Below are positions 17,437 to 30,288 of a DNA stretch of 56,595 nucleotides, piece by piece. The notes below the pieces were generated by a model. That model saw only the letters and a program-made list of their open reading frames with translations, was not told where the DNA came from and ran no database searches. Origin of the DNA: an uncultured Clostridia bacterium (lineage in GTDB: Bacteria; Bacillota; Clostridia; Oscillospirales; CAG-272); contig CANPFW010000003.1 in NCBI GenBank assembly GCA_947573405.1, forward strand, positions 1 to 56,595, written 5' to 3'. Position numbers and translations under genes: made by a program. Position 1 is the first letter of the stretch. Each line of letters starts with the position of its first letter.

Positions 17437-17756
17437 GTGTGTGAGAATGATTGCGTTGCTTCATAGGGAAATCTCACAAAGTACAAACAAAGATAAGGTC
17501 CCCAGCAAAGGGAGCTGTCGCGAAGTGCAAATGAAAAAGGCCCCCCTTGTGCAAAGGGGGCAGTCATGCCTTTGGCATGACTGGGGGATTGTTCAGTAAA
17601 GCTGTCAATTTGCAGCTTGTTCAAAATGACAGTAAGACAATCCCTCCGACTCGCTTACAGCGAGCCACCTCCCCTTGCACAGGGGAGGCTTAAAAAGTGT
17701 GGGTGCGGCTACACCGTGCCACTTCCCTATGGAGCCGCGCAGTAACTTCTCACATG
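17437..17756. repeat. Composite nested-palindrome copy of the intergenic repeat family
   Basis: Outer arms 17441-17470 and 17723-17753 are inverted copies (ttccctatgRagc...ctcac). The F unit is 17539-17591, the R unit 17638-17692, and the central loop 17592-17637. Confidence 0.8.
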
Positions 17757-17808
17757 AATGGCTAATAACTCGTATCACTCTCTAAGGTAAAAACCTTTTG
17801 AAAGGAAA

Positions 17809-19224
17809 ATGTATATGAATAAATTTTGCAGAAGAATAGCAATATGCCTTACAGCAGTGCTGGTTTTGCCGCTGCTGGCGGGATGTTCCGCACAAAAATC
17901 TAATAACGCCGATGACCCCTCCGAGTTCAATAGCAAAGTTGTGGTAACAACAGAACATTTCTCTGTTTCCCACTCTATGATGGAGTACTTTTTTAATTCT
18001 TACTACCGGAATTTTGCAAATGACTATGCTGCAAGGCTGAGTCAGATGAATCTGGATACAGGCAAGTCTTTAAAAAATCAAAAATATTCAGATGAGTACA
18101 GTTGGTTTGATTATTTGCTTGCCCAGACCTTGCGTCAGGTACAGCAACTACTGTATTTAAACGAGGCTGCGTTGGAATCTGATTTGGAACTTTCGGAAGA
18201 TGACAGGCAAAAAATAGATGACACGCTGGCGCGCTATGATGCAACTGCATCTGAAAACGAAACGTCTACTGCGTATTATCTGAAAAACCTGTTCGGAGAT
18301 TCTGTTAATGAGACAACCGTTCGAAAGTGTCTCGAACTGCAAATGCTGGCTGCCGGATATAATGCAAAGCTGGAAGAGGAGCAATCCTTCACGGATGCGC
18401 AGATGCAAACGTATTTTGAAGAAAACAGTAAAGAATATACCATGATCGGACTGATTCGTGCTGTGGTTCCAAGTGAAGATGTCCAGTCTTTTGCAGATGC
18501 GGAAAATGAACACGCATTTGTTCGCTTGCTGGAAAATTTGTGGCTGGAGCAGGAACCGGATCTTGCAGAGGAAGAACTTGCAGAAAAGTTGGAAGATGCT
18601 TATGTACGCCGTGCCGGATTTGTGGAGAAGGCAGAATTTTCACAGTGGGCGTTTGATTCTGCTCGCAAGCCGTATGAAACTTATATAGCGGGAGACAAGA
18701 CGGAGAATGACGAAACAACAGTATATATGCTTCTTCCGGCGGCGGATGATTCTATCGGTCAGGTAGTATATCGCGACAGTACGCCGCTGAAAAATTTGAA
18801 GTATATTCTATTTCAGCCGGAGAAAAATGAAACAGCAGAAGCTTGTGCACAGCGGACGCAAGAAAAATTTGACAAATGGCAAAAAGAGGGCAGGTTGAAT
18901 TCTGAGGCAGCGTTCGATGCACTTGTGCAGGAGTATGACGGCGATACGTCGCTTGCATTGGAGAGGGGACAGTTGATCGGCAAATTGGAAGAATGGATCT
19001 TTGACGTATCCCGAAAAGAAGGAGATACTTCAATGATAACCGCAGATGAGGGAACATACGTTCTGTATATGCTTTCGGACGGAGAACCCCAGTGGAAATC
19101 CCACGTGCGGGAGGATATGCTGCAGGAGGCGTTGGATGCAGCGCTGGAAAAGCTGGCGGAGCAGTATGACGCAAGATACAGCGAAAGCGCGCTGTATGAT
19201 ATTTCGCAGATATATATCAAATAA
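17809..19224 (+). CDS. Lipoprotein paralog of 15714-17372 (PrsA/SurA-like, parvulin-like C-terminus)
   Basis: Lipobox LLAGC. HSMMEYFFNSYY and WIFDVSRKEGDTSMITADEGTYVLYM are colinear with the upstream paralog. Confidence 0.45.
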   Translation: MYMNKFCRRIAICLTAVLVLPLLAGCSAQKSNNADDPSEFNSKVVVTTEHFSVSHSMMEYFFNSYYRNFANDYAARLSQMNLDTGKSLKNQKYSDEYSWFDYLLAQTLRQVQQLLYLNEAALESDLELSEDDRQKIDDTLARYDATASENETSTAYYLKNLFGDSVNETTVRKCLELQMLAAGYNAKLEEEQSFTDAQMQTYFEENSKEYTMIGLIRAVVPSEDVQSFADAENEHAFVRLLENLWLEQEPDLAEEELAEKLEDAYVRRAGFVEKAEFSQWAFDSARKPYETYIAGDKTENDETTVYMLLPAADDSIGQVVYRDSTPLKNLKYILFQPEKNETAEACAQRTQEKFDKWQKEGRLNSEAAFDALVQEYDGDTSLALERGQLIGKLEEWIFDVSRKEGDTSMITADEGTYVLYMLSDGEPQWKSHVREDMLQEALDAALEKLAEQYDARYSESALYDISQIYIK

Positions 19225-19250
19225 AATGTAATATTTTTGACGGAAAGGTA

Positions 19251-19279
19251 TTGCAAACCGCGCGGCGGCAATATATAAT
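19251..19279 (+). promoter_or_regulatory. Sigma-70-type promoter
   Basis: TTGCAA, 17 nt spacer, TATAAT. Confidence 0.5.
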
Positions 19280-19323
19280 AGTTTGACTTGGTGATTTAGA
19301 AAAATGAAGAAAGGCATGAACAT

Positions 19324-21108
19324 ATGAAAATCATACCCACACCTGCGAGTATTGTTGAAAAGAATGCCAAACTGGCATTGTCCGCTATTGCAGATCTGCG
19401 GATTGCAGATGGCAGCGACAGAAGAATTGTAAAAATTGCAACCACATTGAAACGTGAAATCGAGGAGCTTACCGGCACATCTATTCGGTTGCTTACCAGC
19501 AGCTGCGGCTGCACTGATGGCTGTATTTCCATTTCTCACGGCGATGCCGGAGAAGGATATACGCTGTCTGTATTGGAAAATGGAATTGAAATAAAAGGAC
19601 AGGGCGCACAGGGCGCATATTATGGTGTACAGACTCTGCGTCAGATTATCCATGAATATGGTGACACCATTCCTTGCTGTACCATTGAAGATGCGCCGGA
19701 TTTCAAAGAACGCGGCTTGTATCATGATGTAACCCGCGGACGTGTGCCTACACTGAAGCAGCTTTGCCATATTACAGATATGCTGGCATATTATAAAATC
19801 AATCATTTGCAGCTGTATATTGAGGATGCATATGAATTTGTAGAGTACGATGGCGTAATGTCTGCAAAGGATGTGCTGACTGCTGAGGAAATCATTACAT
19901 TGGATGATTACTGCTACGAAAACTTTATCGAACTGGTTCCGTCCATTGCAACATTCGGACATTTGTATAATTTGCTTCAGAGCGAAAAATACCGCCACCT
20001 GTGCGAACTTGCAGATTATACTCCTTCCCAGGTGTACTGGCTTGAAAAAATGGCGCATCATACCATTGATGTTTCCAATCCGGAAAGCATCGAGCTGATT
20101 AAAAGCCTGATCGATCAGTTTATTCCTTTGTGCCGTTCCAATCGGTTCAATATCTGCTGCGATGAAACCTTTGACCTGTGCCGCGGTCGCAATGCAGGTA
20201 AGGATGCAGGAGAAGAATATTTTAAATTCCTGTCGAAAATTATCGCCCATGTAAAATCCCGTGGCAAGACAGTTATGATGTGGGGAGATATTGCGCTGGT
20301 ACAGCCGGATAAACTCAGCGAAATTCCTTCCGATACGATTATGCTCAACTGGACATACGAGAAGGATCCGGATGAAAATAAGGTGAAGGCTTTTGCCGAG
20401 GCGAATCTTAAGCAGATCGTTTGCCCCGGTACCTCCAGCTGGAACCGTTTTGTAGAAGAACTGGACCGTTCTGAAGGCAATATCACAAAGCTGGTGGAAT
20501 ACGGTGCAAAGTACGGTGCATTGGGCGTGCTGAACACCAACTGGGGTGATTTCGGCAATATCTGCTCCTTCAACTGTTCCCTTTACGGCGTTGTAATCGG
20601 TGCGGAAAAGGGTTGGAATGCCGATGGAAAGTTGACTCCCGCATTTGAGCAAGCAGCAAGTTCTTTGCTGTACGATTCAGATGACGTCAACATGATAGAT
20701 GTTGTCCGTACTATGGGCAGATGTGAGCGCACCTGTGACTGGATGGAGTTCATGTACTGGTTCAGTGCAAATACGATAGAGGGCAGAACGACAGAACTGC
20801 GTTTGGATGTGGAAAAGGCGATTGAAAATATCAAAACGCTGGACGGTGTGATGGATACCATTCGTTCCGTATCGGAAACCGATGAACGTTTTGTGGATCT
20901 GCTGCTTGCGTGCCGTGCAATTCAGTTGATGAACCAGGTTTGTCTGCGGATCAATAAAGTAGAAGGATATCTGGATGGTGAAAAGATTCTTGCCGGATTT
21001 GAACAGTGGCTCGAAGGATATCGCGCAGCATGGCTGCGGGATAATAAAGACTCCCAGCTGGAATTGATTGCGGATTTTGTTCGGGAAATTTCCTGCATGA
21101 ATGTGTAA
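19324..21108 (+). CDS. Glycoside hydrolase family 20-like (beta-N-acetylhexosaminidase-type)
   Basis: GYTLSV...GAYYGVQTLRQI, IEDAPDFKERGLYHDVTRGRVP, YKINHLQLYIED, and NICCDETF (D-E pair) follow the GH20 layout. Confidence 0.65.
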   Translation: MKIIPTPASIVEKNAKLALSAIADLRIADGSDRRIVKIATTLKREIEELTGTSIRLLTSSCGCTDGCISISHGDAGEGYTLSVLENGIEIKGQGAQGAYYGVQTLRQIIHEYGDTIPCCTIEDAPDFKERGLYHDVTRGRVPTLKQLCHITDMLAYYKINHLQLYIEDAYEFVEYDGVMSAKDVLTAEEIITLDDYCYENFIELVPSIATFGHLYNLLQSEKYRHLCELADYTPSQVYWLEKMAHHTIDVSNPESIELIKSLIDQFIPLCRSNRFNICCDETFDLCRGRNAGKDAGEEYFKFLSKIIAHVKSRGKTVMMWGDIALVQPDKLSEIPSDTIMLNWTYEKDPDENKVKAFAEANLKQIVCPGTSSWNRFVEELDRSEGNITKLVEYGAKYGALGVLNTNWGDFGNICSFNCSLYGVVIGAEKGWNADGKLTPAFEQAASSLLYDSDDVNMIDVVRTMGRCERTCDWMEFMYWFSANTIEGRTTELRLDVEKAIENIKTLDGVMDTIRSVSETDERFVDLLLACRAIQLMNQVCLRINKVEGYLDGEKILAGFEQWLEGYRAAWLRDNKDSQLELIADFVREISCMNV

Positions 21109-21121
21109 TTTTTAATAATAG

Positions 21122-21150
21122 AAAAGGCAGGCTGAAAGCCTGCCTTTTTG
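21122..21150 (+). terminator. Rho-independent terminator
   Basis: ggcaggc-tgaaa-gcctgcc followed by ttttt. Confidence 0.75.
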
Positions 21151-21212
21151 CTTTGAATTTAATAAATTATATAAAAGACTCTACCTGAAAAGATCGGTTA
21201 TTCTCCACACCT

Positions 21213-21440
21213 GAAGGCTCCCTTTGCGTAAAGAAATTTACACCGCTAATCCTTTCGAAGGCTCCCTTTGCTGGGGGGGAGCCTTAAGTTTTAGATAGAG
21301 GACCCCTTGTGCAAAGGGGGCTGTCATGCTTTTGCATGACTGGGGGATTGTATTATTGTCATTTTAGTAGTCGTTAAATCGGCGGTATTACGTAAACAAT
21401 CCTTCCGTTGTAACCGTTACGCTTGACCATGTTACTTCCT
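21213..21440. repeat. Cluster of repeat-family units, one intact F unit plus partial and degenerate units
   Basis: ggctccctttgc half-units at 21213-21233 and 21257-21288. F unit 21299-21350. Degenerate R unit caatccttccg... at 21397-21440. Confidence 0.7.
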
Positions 21441-21624
21441 TTTTGATAAAGATCCTTTTTATACGTGTGCGGTAATACCTTTTTTGCCGGAAAGTTCCCT
21501 TTCGCCCATGCCGAAATAAAATGGCAGGATTCACCAAAGTATATTTGTCCGGCGCAGGCATTTGCTGGGGATAATCTGCATAAAATAAATAGGAGTATTA
21601 TTATACCTGCCGGAGGTAGAAAAC

Positions 21625-22017
21625 ATGAGGATTGAAGCGAAACAATGCACAGAAGCAGGCGCGATGATACGATATCCTGCTTTTCTTATAGAAGAAACAG
21701 ACAAGACCTGCAAGCGGGATCGTGCGGATGCCGAGCGGATGACTGCATTTTATGAATATATGAAGGATTGTGTTCTGGAGTATTGTCACTCAGATGCCTT
21801 CCCCACAGGGGGAAAATACTATGCGGACTATAATGTGCATGAAACGCCGGATGGCTTTGATGTAGAAATATTTTTGCGTCTGCGCCTGCGCGGACGTTCT
21901 ATTGGGAATGCCAGATTGGAACACAAATGGAAAAGCGGGGTGCTGGATTTGGAGAAAAATCCGTGCCCTAAAATACGGAAGCGGAAGAAGCCTGCCACGC
22001 CGGTTCATACAAAGTAG
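21625..22017 (+). CDS. Hypothetical protein
   Basis: 130-aa ORF with GGAGG RBS; no family recognised. Confidence 0.4.
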   Translation: MRIEAKQCTEAGAMIRYPAFLIEETDKTCKRDRADAERMTAFYEYMKDCVLEYCHSDAFPTGGKYYADYNVHETPDGFDVEIFLRLRLRGRSIGNARLEHKWKSGVLDLEKNPCPKIRKRKKPATPVHTK

Positions 22018-22063
22018 TTATGCAGGACGTATGTGAGTTTGCTGTGAGAAATTATTGAATTTG

Positions 22064-22092
22064 TTGCATTTTGCTAAAAGTTATGGCATAAT
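22064..22092 (+). promoter_or_regulatory. Sigma-70-type promoter of the V-ATPase operon
   Basis: TTGCAT, 17 nt spacer, TGgCATAAT (extended -10). Confidence 0.5.
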
Positions 22093-22134
22093 ATCCATAA
22101 ATACAAAGAAAATATTGGTAAAGGGTGAAGCTCT

Positions 22135-22445
22135 GTGGCAAATGAAACAATAGAGAAAATCAGAGATGCTGAAGCGCAGGCGCTGGAAATTACTGCACAA
22201 GCCGGGCGCCAGGCGGCACAGTCTGTTGCTGCTGCCAGAGCAGCGGCGTCCGAAAAAATGGAAGCGGCGCAATTGCAGGCACGCCAAATTGCCGCCGCCG
22301 CACAAGATGCACACAAAAAGCAGTCTGATGCATGTATAGACGCGGGGTGCAGAGATGCGCGGGTGCAGGCAAAGAAAATGGTTGCGGCCGCAGAAGATAA
22401 TATGAAAACTGCGGTCAATGAAATTATTCGGGAGATTTTTGAAAA

Positions 22446-22455
<10 letters not shown>
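22135..22455 (+). CDS. V/A-type ATPase small peripheral-stalk subunit (G/H-like; position of E. hirae NtpF)
   Basis: 106-aa Ala/Gln/Glu-rich predicted coiled coil. First gene of a conserved x-I-K-E-C-F-A-B-D gene order. GTG start. Confidence 0.5.
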
Positions 22456-24949
<2,494 letters not shown>

Positions 24950-25015
24950 GGCGTTTAGCAACAAAAATGCTTTTGTACCGATCGGTGCAAATGTTGGGAA
25001 AGGCATAATTTTAAA

Positions 25016-25696
25016 ATGCAGAATTTAGATAAGATTTTAGATAAAATTCTTACCGATGCCCGGGAAGAAGCGGAAAAGGTTCTGGACGCGGCGCGGCAGG
25101 AATGTGAGACCATTGAAAAAGAATCCGACGCCCGTGTGCAGTCTGTGATTGAAGCTGCCGAGGCGAGGGCTGCCCGTGAAGAAACAGCAGCAGCACAGCG
25201 TGCCAATTCTACTGCTGATATGAAAAAACGGGAAATTTTACTTGCCGCAAAGGTAGGTATGCTTTCCAAAGCTTTTTCAGAGGCGGAAAATTACTTATAT
25301 GATCTGTCCCAGGAAGATTACTGTGTGTTTTTAGCACATCTTTTGGCAGATGCCGCTGTGGAGCGGCTGCAGACCGTGCAGCATTTGCAGGAATTGTACG
25401 GTGAAGAGGAAGCCTGCGACGGAGAATTTTTGCTGGAACTCAGCGAAAAAGACCGTGAATTGGGATCGCTTGTGATCAAAGCGGCGAAAACCTTTATGAA
25501 GCGGGGTTCTGCAGAATATGGGAAAACAAATTTTACACTTGCAGAAGAAAGTGCGCCTATCCGTGGCGGATTGATTCTGCGTTATGGGGACATTGCGTCC
25601 AATTGCTCTGTGGAAGCAGTTATAAACGGACTGCGAGAGCAAATGGAGGCAAGGATTGCGAATATTTTGTTCCCGCCGGAATCGGTTGGCGAATGA
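25016..25696 (+). CDS. ntpE: V-type ATPase subunit E
   Basis: 226 aa with a charged N-terminal helix (ILTDAREEAEKVLDAARQE) and C-terminal GGLILRYGDI; operon position. Confidence 0.7.
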   Translation: MQNLDKILDKILTDAREEAEKVLDAARQECETIEKESDARVQSVIEAAEARAAREETAAAQRANSTADMKKREILLAAKVGMLSKAFSEAENYLYDLSQEDYCVFLAHLLADAAVERLQTVQHLQELYGEEEACDGEFLLELSEKDRELGSLVIKAAKTFMKRGSAEYGKTNFTLAEESAPIRGGLILRYGDIASNCSVEAVINGLREQMEARIANILFPPESVGE

Positions 25697-25734
25697 GCGG
25701 CTTATAAAAGCACCAAAGAAAGGAATGTACAGCT

Positions 25735-26727
25735 ATGATCCCTGAGAATGAATATCTGTTTTCCTCCTCCTTTCTGCGGGCGGGCGAAGGAATAGGATCT
25801 GCTTCCAGCCGCACAATGCGTATGTTGGAGGCGTCTTCTGCCGAGCAGTTGTATCAGACTGCTGCAGAAGTGTTTCGGATTCCGATGCCGTCAGATGGAA
25901 AAACAGTTTTTGACGCGGCGTTCAGTGATGCGGTAGAAAAAGTGCGCAGCGCTGTTCCAGACGCGTCTGTGTATGATCCGCTATTGTATAAATACGACTG
26001 CACGAATATAAAATTGGCAATCAAATGTGCCGTTCAGGATATTCGTGCTTTTCAGGATTTTTACACTTGCGGTACGGTATCTGCTGCGCAGATGGAGGAA
26101 AATCTGCAAAAGGATACCGCCCACGGACTTCCTCCTGCCATGGCGGAAGCAGCGCAGATAGCGCGGCAGGAATATGCCAAGACGGGAGAAGCGCGCTGTA
26201 TAGATTTATTGCTGGATCGGGCATGCTTTGTGGATATGTCTGCTGCGGCAAATGCAGAAAATGTGCCGCTGATTCAGAAAATCGTATGTATGCGGGCAGA
26301 TTTTGCAAATGTTCTTGCGTGCATGAGGATTCGCTCCGGCGGTGTTGCCGCTGATGCGGCGCGTACTCTTATGAATCGCGCTTTTGTTCCCGGAGGACAG
26401 GTCGAGCTTTCTGTATTTGTAAATGATGAATCCGGATGTGCGGATATCGGGCAGATCAGCGGGTGCCTGGGCGATTGTTATGTGCGTGACGCTGTGCGGC
26501 ATGCTGTCGCTGCGGCGGATATCGGCAGAGCTCAAAAAATATTTGATGAAGCGGTGCTTGCAGCGTGTCAGCCTTATCGGTTTAAGCCGTTTGGTCCGGA
26601 GATTGCTGTGCGGTATCTGTTAATCCGTGAAGCGGAAATAACAAATGGAAGAATCATCGCTTCCCGCTTCAGTGCAGGCACAGATGCTGATACAATCAGA
26701 GAAAGGCTGCGTGAAGTGGATGTATAA
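25735..26727 (+). CDS. ntpC: V-type ATPase subunit C
   Basis: 330 aa between E and F; YDCTNIKLAIK and IAVRYLLIREAEITN patterns. Confidence 0.65.
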   Translation: MIPENEYLFSSSFLRAGEGIGSASSRTMRMLEASSAEQLYQTAAEVFRIPMPSDGKTVFDAAFSDAVEKVRSAVPDASVYDPLLYKYDCTNIKLAIKCAVQDIRAFQDFYTCGTVSAAQMEENLQKDTAHGLPPAMAEAAQIARQEYAKTGEARCIDLLLDRACFVDMSAAANAENVPLIQKIVCMRADFANVLACMRIRSGGVAADAARTLMNRAFVPGGQVELSVFVNDESGCADIGQISGCLGDCYVRDAVRHAVAAADIGRAQKIFDEAVLAACQPYRFKPFGPEIAVRYLLIREAEITNGRIIASRFSAGTDADTIRERLREVDV

Positions 26728-27031
26728 AATCGGAGTTGTAGGACCAAGAAATCAGGTATTGTCTTTTATGGCGGCAGGGTTTACGGTTTATGATGCATCG
26801 GATGCCCGCGAAGCCTTGGCGGCGCTGAAAAAAGGGAAAAGTGACGATTGCGCAATTCTTTATATAACGGCTGCCCTTGCGGGGGAAATAGAGGAAGAAA
26901 TTTCACGCATGTCCGGCAGTGCGCTTCCAGCTATTGTCACGCTGCCGGATTTGGACAGCGGCTACGGTACGGCACAGCTGAAACGTGCGGTAGAGCGCGC
27001 AGTAGGCGCGGATATTATATTTAAAGATTAG
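26720..27031 (+). CDS. V-type ATPase subunit F (position of E. hirae NtpG)
   Basis: MYKIGVVGPRNQVLSFMAAGF...; ATG 26720 overlaps the stop of subunit C. The ORF track start 26645 lies inside the upstream gene. Confidence 0.7.
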   Translation: MYKIGVVGPRNQVLSFMAAGFTVYDASDAREALAALKKGKSDDCAILYITAALAGEIEEEISRMSGSALPAIVTLPDLDSGYGTAQLKRAVERAVGADIIFKD

Positions 27032-27094
27032 GAACTGCGCATGTGCAAACGAATTTTGACACATGCAGAAATAGACGTGAGTGCATAGAAAGGC

Positions 27095-28885
27095 ATGGTC
27101 GCAGGTATGACAGAAGGGAAAATTGTAAAAATTTCAGGTCCTCTTGTGATTGCAGAGGGAATGCGGGAAGCTAATATGTTTGATGTGGTTCATGTTGGCG
27201 AGCATCAGCTGATTGGCGAAATCATTGAAATGCATGGGGACAGAGCTTCTATTCAGGTATATGAAGAAACAGCGGGTCTTGGTAGAGGGGAACGGGTTGT
27301 GTCTACCGGCGCGCCTTTGTCCGTTGAGCTTGGACCGGGAATTGTTACCAATATTTATGACGGAATCCAGCGTCCTTTGGAAAAGATGTGTGAGCAGTAT
27401 GGCTCCAATATCACCCGCGGCGTATATGTGCCTTCATTGGATCGGGAGAAAAAATGGAAATTCCATGCTTCGGTGAAAGCAGGCACACAGGTAGCTGAGG
27501 GGGACATCCTCGGGTATGTGGATGAAACAGAGGTGATCCGCCATAAAATTATGGTGCCGGTTGGCGTTCGTGGAACGGTGCGGGAACTTTTCTCCGGAGA
27601 ATATACTGTAACGGATCAGATCGGCGTATTGGATACGGAAAAGGGTGAACACATCCTTACGCTTATGCAGAAATGGCCTGTGCGCCGTGCCCGCCCGTAT
27701 CAGGAAAAACTGCCGCCCAGAGAACCCATGGTGACAGGTCAGCGAATCATTGACACATTGTTTCCTATCGCAAAAGGCGGAACCGCATGTGTTCCGGGAC
27801 CTTTCGGAAGCGGGAAAACGGTGGTGCAGCATCAGCTCGCCAAATGGAGTAATGTGGATCTGGTAGTATATATCGGATGTGGTGAGCGCGGCAACGAAAT
27901 GACAGACGTGCTTGGCGAATTTCCGGAAATTATCGACCCAAGAAGTGGCGAATCCCTTATGAAGCGGACGGTTCTCATCGCGAACACCTCCGATATGCCG
28001 GTGGCGGCGCGAGAGGCATCTATTTACACAGGCATCACCATTGCAGAATACTACCGGGATATGGGCTATTCTGTAGCAGTTATTGCGGATTCCACTTCCC
28101 GTTGGGCGGAAGCGCTTCGCGAAATGTCCGGACGGTTGGAGGAAATGCCCGGTGATGAAGGATATCCTGCATATCTTACATCCCGTCTTGCACAGTTCTA
28201 TGAACGGGCAGGAGATGTAGTCTGCACCGGAAGCGACGGACGCAGAGGTTCTTTGTCTGCAATCGGTGCTGTATCGCCTCAAGGCGGGGATATATCCGAA
28301 CCGGTTTCTCAGGCAACGCTGCGTATTGTAAAGGTTTTCTGGGGTTTGGACGCAAGTCTTGCATATCGCCGCCATTTCCCGGCAATTAACTGGCTCAATT
28401 CCTATTCCCTATATAAAGACCGTTTGGAAAGTTGGTTTTCAGAAAACATTCATCATAACTGGACGGAGCAGGCGGGAGAAATTGCCCGACTTTTGCAGGC
28501 AGAAGCAGAATTGGATGAGATTGTAAAGCTGGTCGGCATGGATGCTTTGTCCCCGGCAGACCGGCTTACATTGGAGACGGCGCAAAGCATCCGCGAGGAT
28601 TATTTGCAGCAGAACGCCTTCTCCGAAACGGACGCGTATACACCTATGCAGCAGCAGTATGCGCTGGCGTCTTTGATACTGTATTTTAAAGAAAAAGCCG
28701 CCTCGGCAATCGAACGCGGTGCGGATATACAAAAAATTTCCGAATTGCCTGTGCGGGAACGGATCGGGCGTGCCAAAGCGGCTGCATCGGATCAGTATGA
28801 GCAGCAGTATGCACAGATCCGATTGGAGATCGAACGTCAGATAGATGCACTTGTACAAAGTGCGGAAGGGGGCGACGAAGAATGA
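27095..28885 (+). CDS. ntpA: V-type ATPase catalytic subunit A
   Basis: Walker [35 protein letters not shown]. The start may instead be ATG 27107. Confidence 0.95.
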   Translation: MVAGMTEGKIVKISGPLVIAEGMREANMFDVVHVGEHQLIGEIIEMHGDRASIQVYEETAGLGRGERVVSTGAPLSVELGPGIVTNIYDGIQRPLEKMCEQYGSNITRGVYVPSLDREKKWKFHASVKAGTQVAEGDILGYVDETEVIRHKIMVPVGVRGTVRELFSGEYTVTDQIGVLDTEKGEHILTLMQKWPVRRARPYQEKLPPREPMVTGQRIIDTLFPIAKGGTACVPGPFGSGKTVVQHQLAKWSNVDLVVYIGCGERGNEMTDVLGEFPEIIDPRSGESLMKRTVLIANTSDMPVAAREASIYTGITIAEYYRDMGYSVAVIADSTSRWAEALREMSGRLEEMPGDEGYPAYLTSRLAQFYERAGDVVCTGSDGRRGSLSAIGAVSPQGGDISEPVSQATLRIVKVFWGLDASLAYRRHFPAINWLNSYSLYKDRLESWFSENIHHNWTEQAGEIARLLQAEAELDEIVKLVGMDALSPADRLTLETAQSIREDYLQQNAFSETDAYTPMQQQYALASLILYFKEKAASAIERGADIQKISELPVRERIGRAKAAASDQYEQQYAQIRLEIERQIDALVQSAEGGDEE

Positions 28886-30270
28886 TTCGCGAATATAAAA
28901 CCATTGAAGAAGTTGCCGGCCCGCTGATGCTGGTGAAAAAAGTAGATGGCGTAAAATATGATGAGTTAGGTGAGATCGAACTGCCCGGCGGCGAGGTGCG
29001 CCGCTGCAGAGTTCTGGAAATAGACGGCTCCAATGTTTTGGTGCAGCTTTTTGAAAATGCCGCAGGCATTAACCTTGCAAATTCCAAAGTCCGGTTTTCC
29101 GGACATGGTGTGCAGCTCCCTGTTTCCCGGGATATGTTGGGGCGGGTGTTTTCCGGTATGGGCGAGCCGATTGACGGCGGCCCCAAAATTCTGCCCGAAG
29201 CAACGCCGGATGTAAACGGTTCCCCAATCAATCCGGCTGCAAGACGATATCCATCGGAATTTATTCAGACGGGAATTTCTACAATTGACGGATTGAATAC
29301 GTTGGTGCGCGGGCAGAAACTGCCGATTTTTTCCGGCTCCGGACTGCCCCACGCCAATCTGGCGGCGCAGATTGCCCGTCAGGCGAAAGTGCGCACCGGC
29401 GGCGTCACAGATGATACCAAATTTGCGGTGGTTTTTGCAGCGGTAGGTATTACATTTGAAGAAGCGGACTTCTTTATTTCCGACTTTAAGAAGACAGGCG
29501 CGTTGGATCGTACCGTTATGTTTATGAACCTTGCGTCTGACCCTGCAATTGAGCGGATTACTGCCCCCCGTATGGCGCTGACCGCAGCGGAATATCTTGC
29601 ATATACCTGCGATATGCATGTTCTGGTTATCATCACTGACATAACAAACTACGCAGAAGCGCTGCGTGAAGTTTCTGCAGCCCGTAAGGAAGTGCCGGGA
29701 CGGCGCGGATATCCCGGATATTTGTATACAGACCTTGCTACAATGTATGAGCGGGCGGGACGGAAAATGGGCAGTGAAGGCTCCATAACCATGATCCCTA
29801 TTTTGACTATGCCTGAGGATGACAAAACCCATCCGATTCCCGACCTTACCGGATATATTACAGAAGGACAGATTATTTTGTCCAGAGATATATACCGGAA
29901 GGGATATTTGCCGCCGGTGGATGTGCTTCCGTCACTGTCCCGTTTGAAGGATAAGGGTATCGGGCAGGGAAAGACCCGTGAAGATCATGCAGATACTATG
30001 AACCAGTTGTTTTTCAGTTATGCACGGGGTAAGGATGCGAAAGAACTGATGGTAGTGTTGGGCGAAGCAGCGCTGACGCCGATAGAACGCCTGTATGCAA
30101 AATTCTCCGATGCGTTTGAGGAGCAGTATATCAATCAGGGCTTTTACGAAAACCGTACCATTGAGGAAACACTGGATTTGGGTTGGTCGCTGCTGCGCAT
30201 TTTGCCAAGGAGTGAAATGAAGCGGATCAAACCTCAGCTTTTGGATAAATACTGGCCGGTAGAGGAATAA
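28882..30270 (+). CDS. ntpB: V-type ATPase subunit B
   Basis: [62 protein letters not shown] overlap with ntpA. Confidence 0.95.
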   Translation: MIREYKTIEEVAGPLMLVKKVDGVKYDELGEIELPGGEVRRCRVLEIDGSNVLVQLFENAAGINLANSKVRFSGHGVQLPVSRDMLGRVFSGMGEPIDGGPKILPEATPDVNGSPINPAARRYPSEFIQTGISTIDGLNTLVRGQKLPIFSGSGLPHANLAAQIARQAKVRTGGVTDDTKFAVVFAAVGITFEEADFFISDFKKTGALDRTVMFMNLASDPAIERITAPRMALTAAEYLAYTCDMHVLVIITDITNYAEALREVSAARKEVPGRRGYPGYLYTDLATMYERAGRKMGSEGSITMIPILTMPEDDKTHPIPDLTGYITEGQIILSRDIYRKGYLPPVDVLPSLSRLKDKGIGQGKTREDHADTMNQLFFSYARGKDAKELMVVLGEAALTPIERLYAKFSDAFEEQYINQGFYENRTIEETLDLGWSLLRILPRSEMKRIKPQLLDKYWPVEE

Positions 30271-30288
30271 ACGGCAGCAGAAAGGCAG

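Noticed and set aside
17437-17756. Possible CRISPR array formed by the recurring repeats
   Set aside because: The units are inverted rather than direct. They are not regularly spaced, are scattered over 56 kb in separate intergenic regions, and no cas genes are present.
19030-20652. 540-aa ORF on the minus strand
   Set aside because: It lies entirely antisense to the well-supported GH20 gene. It has no recognisable motifs and no RBS, and looks like a typical shadow ORF.
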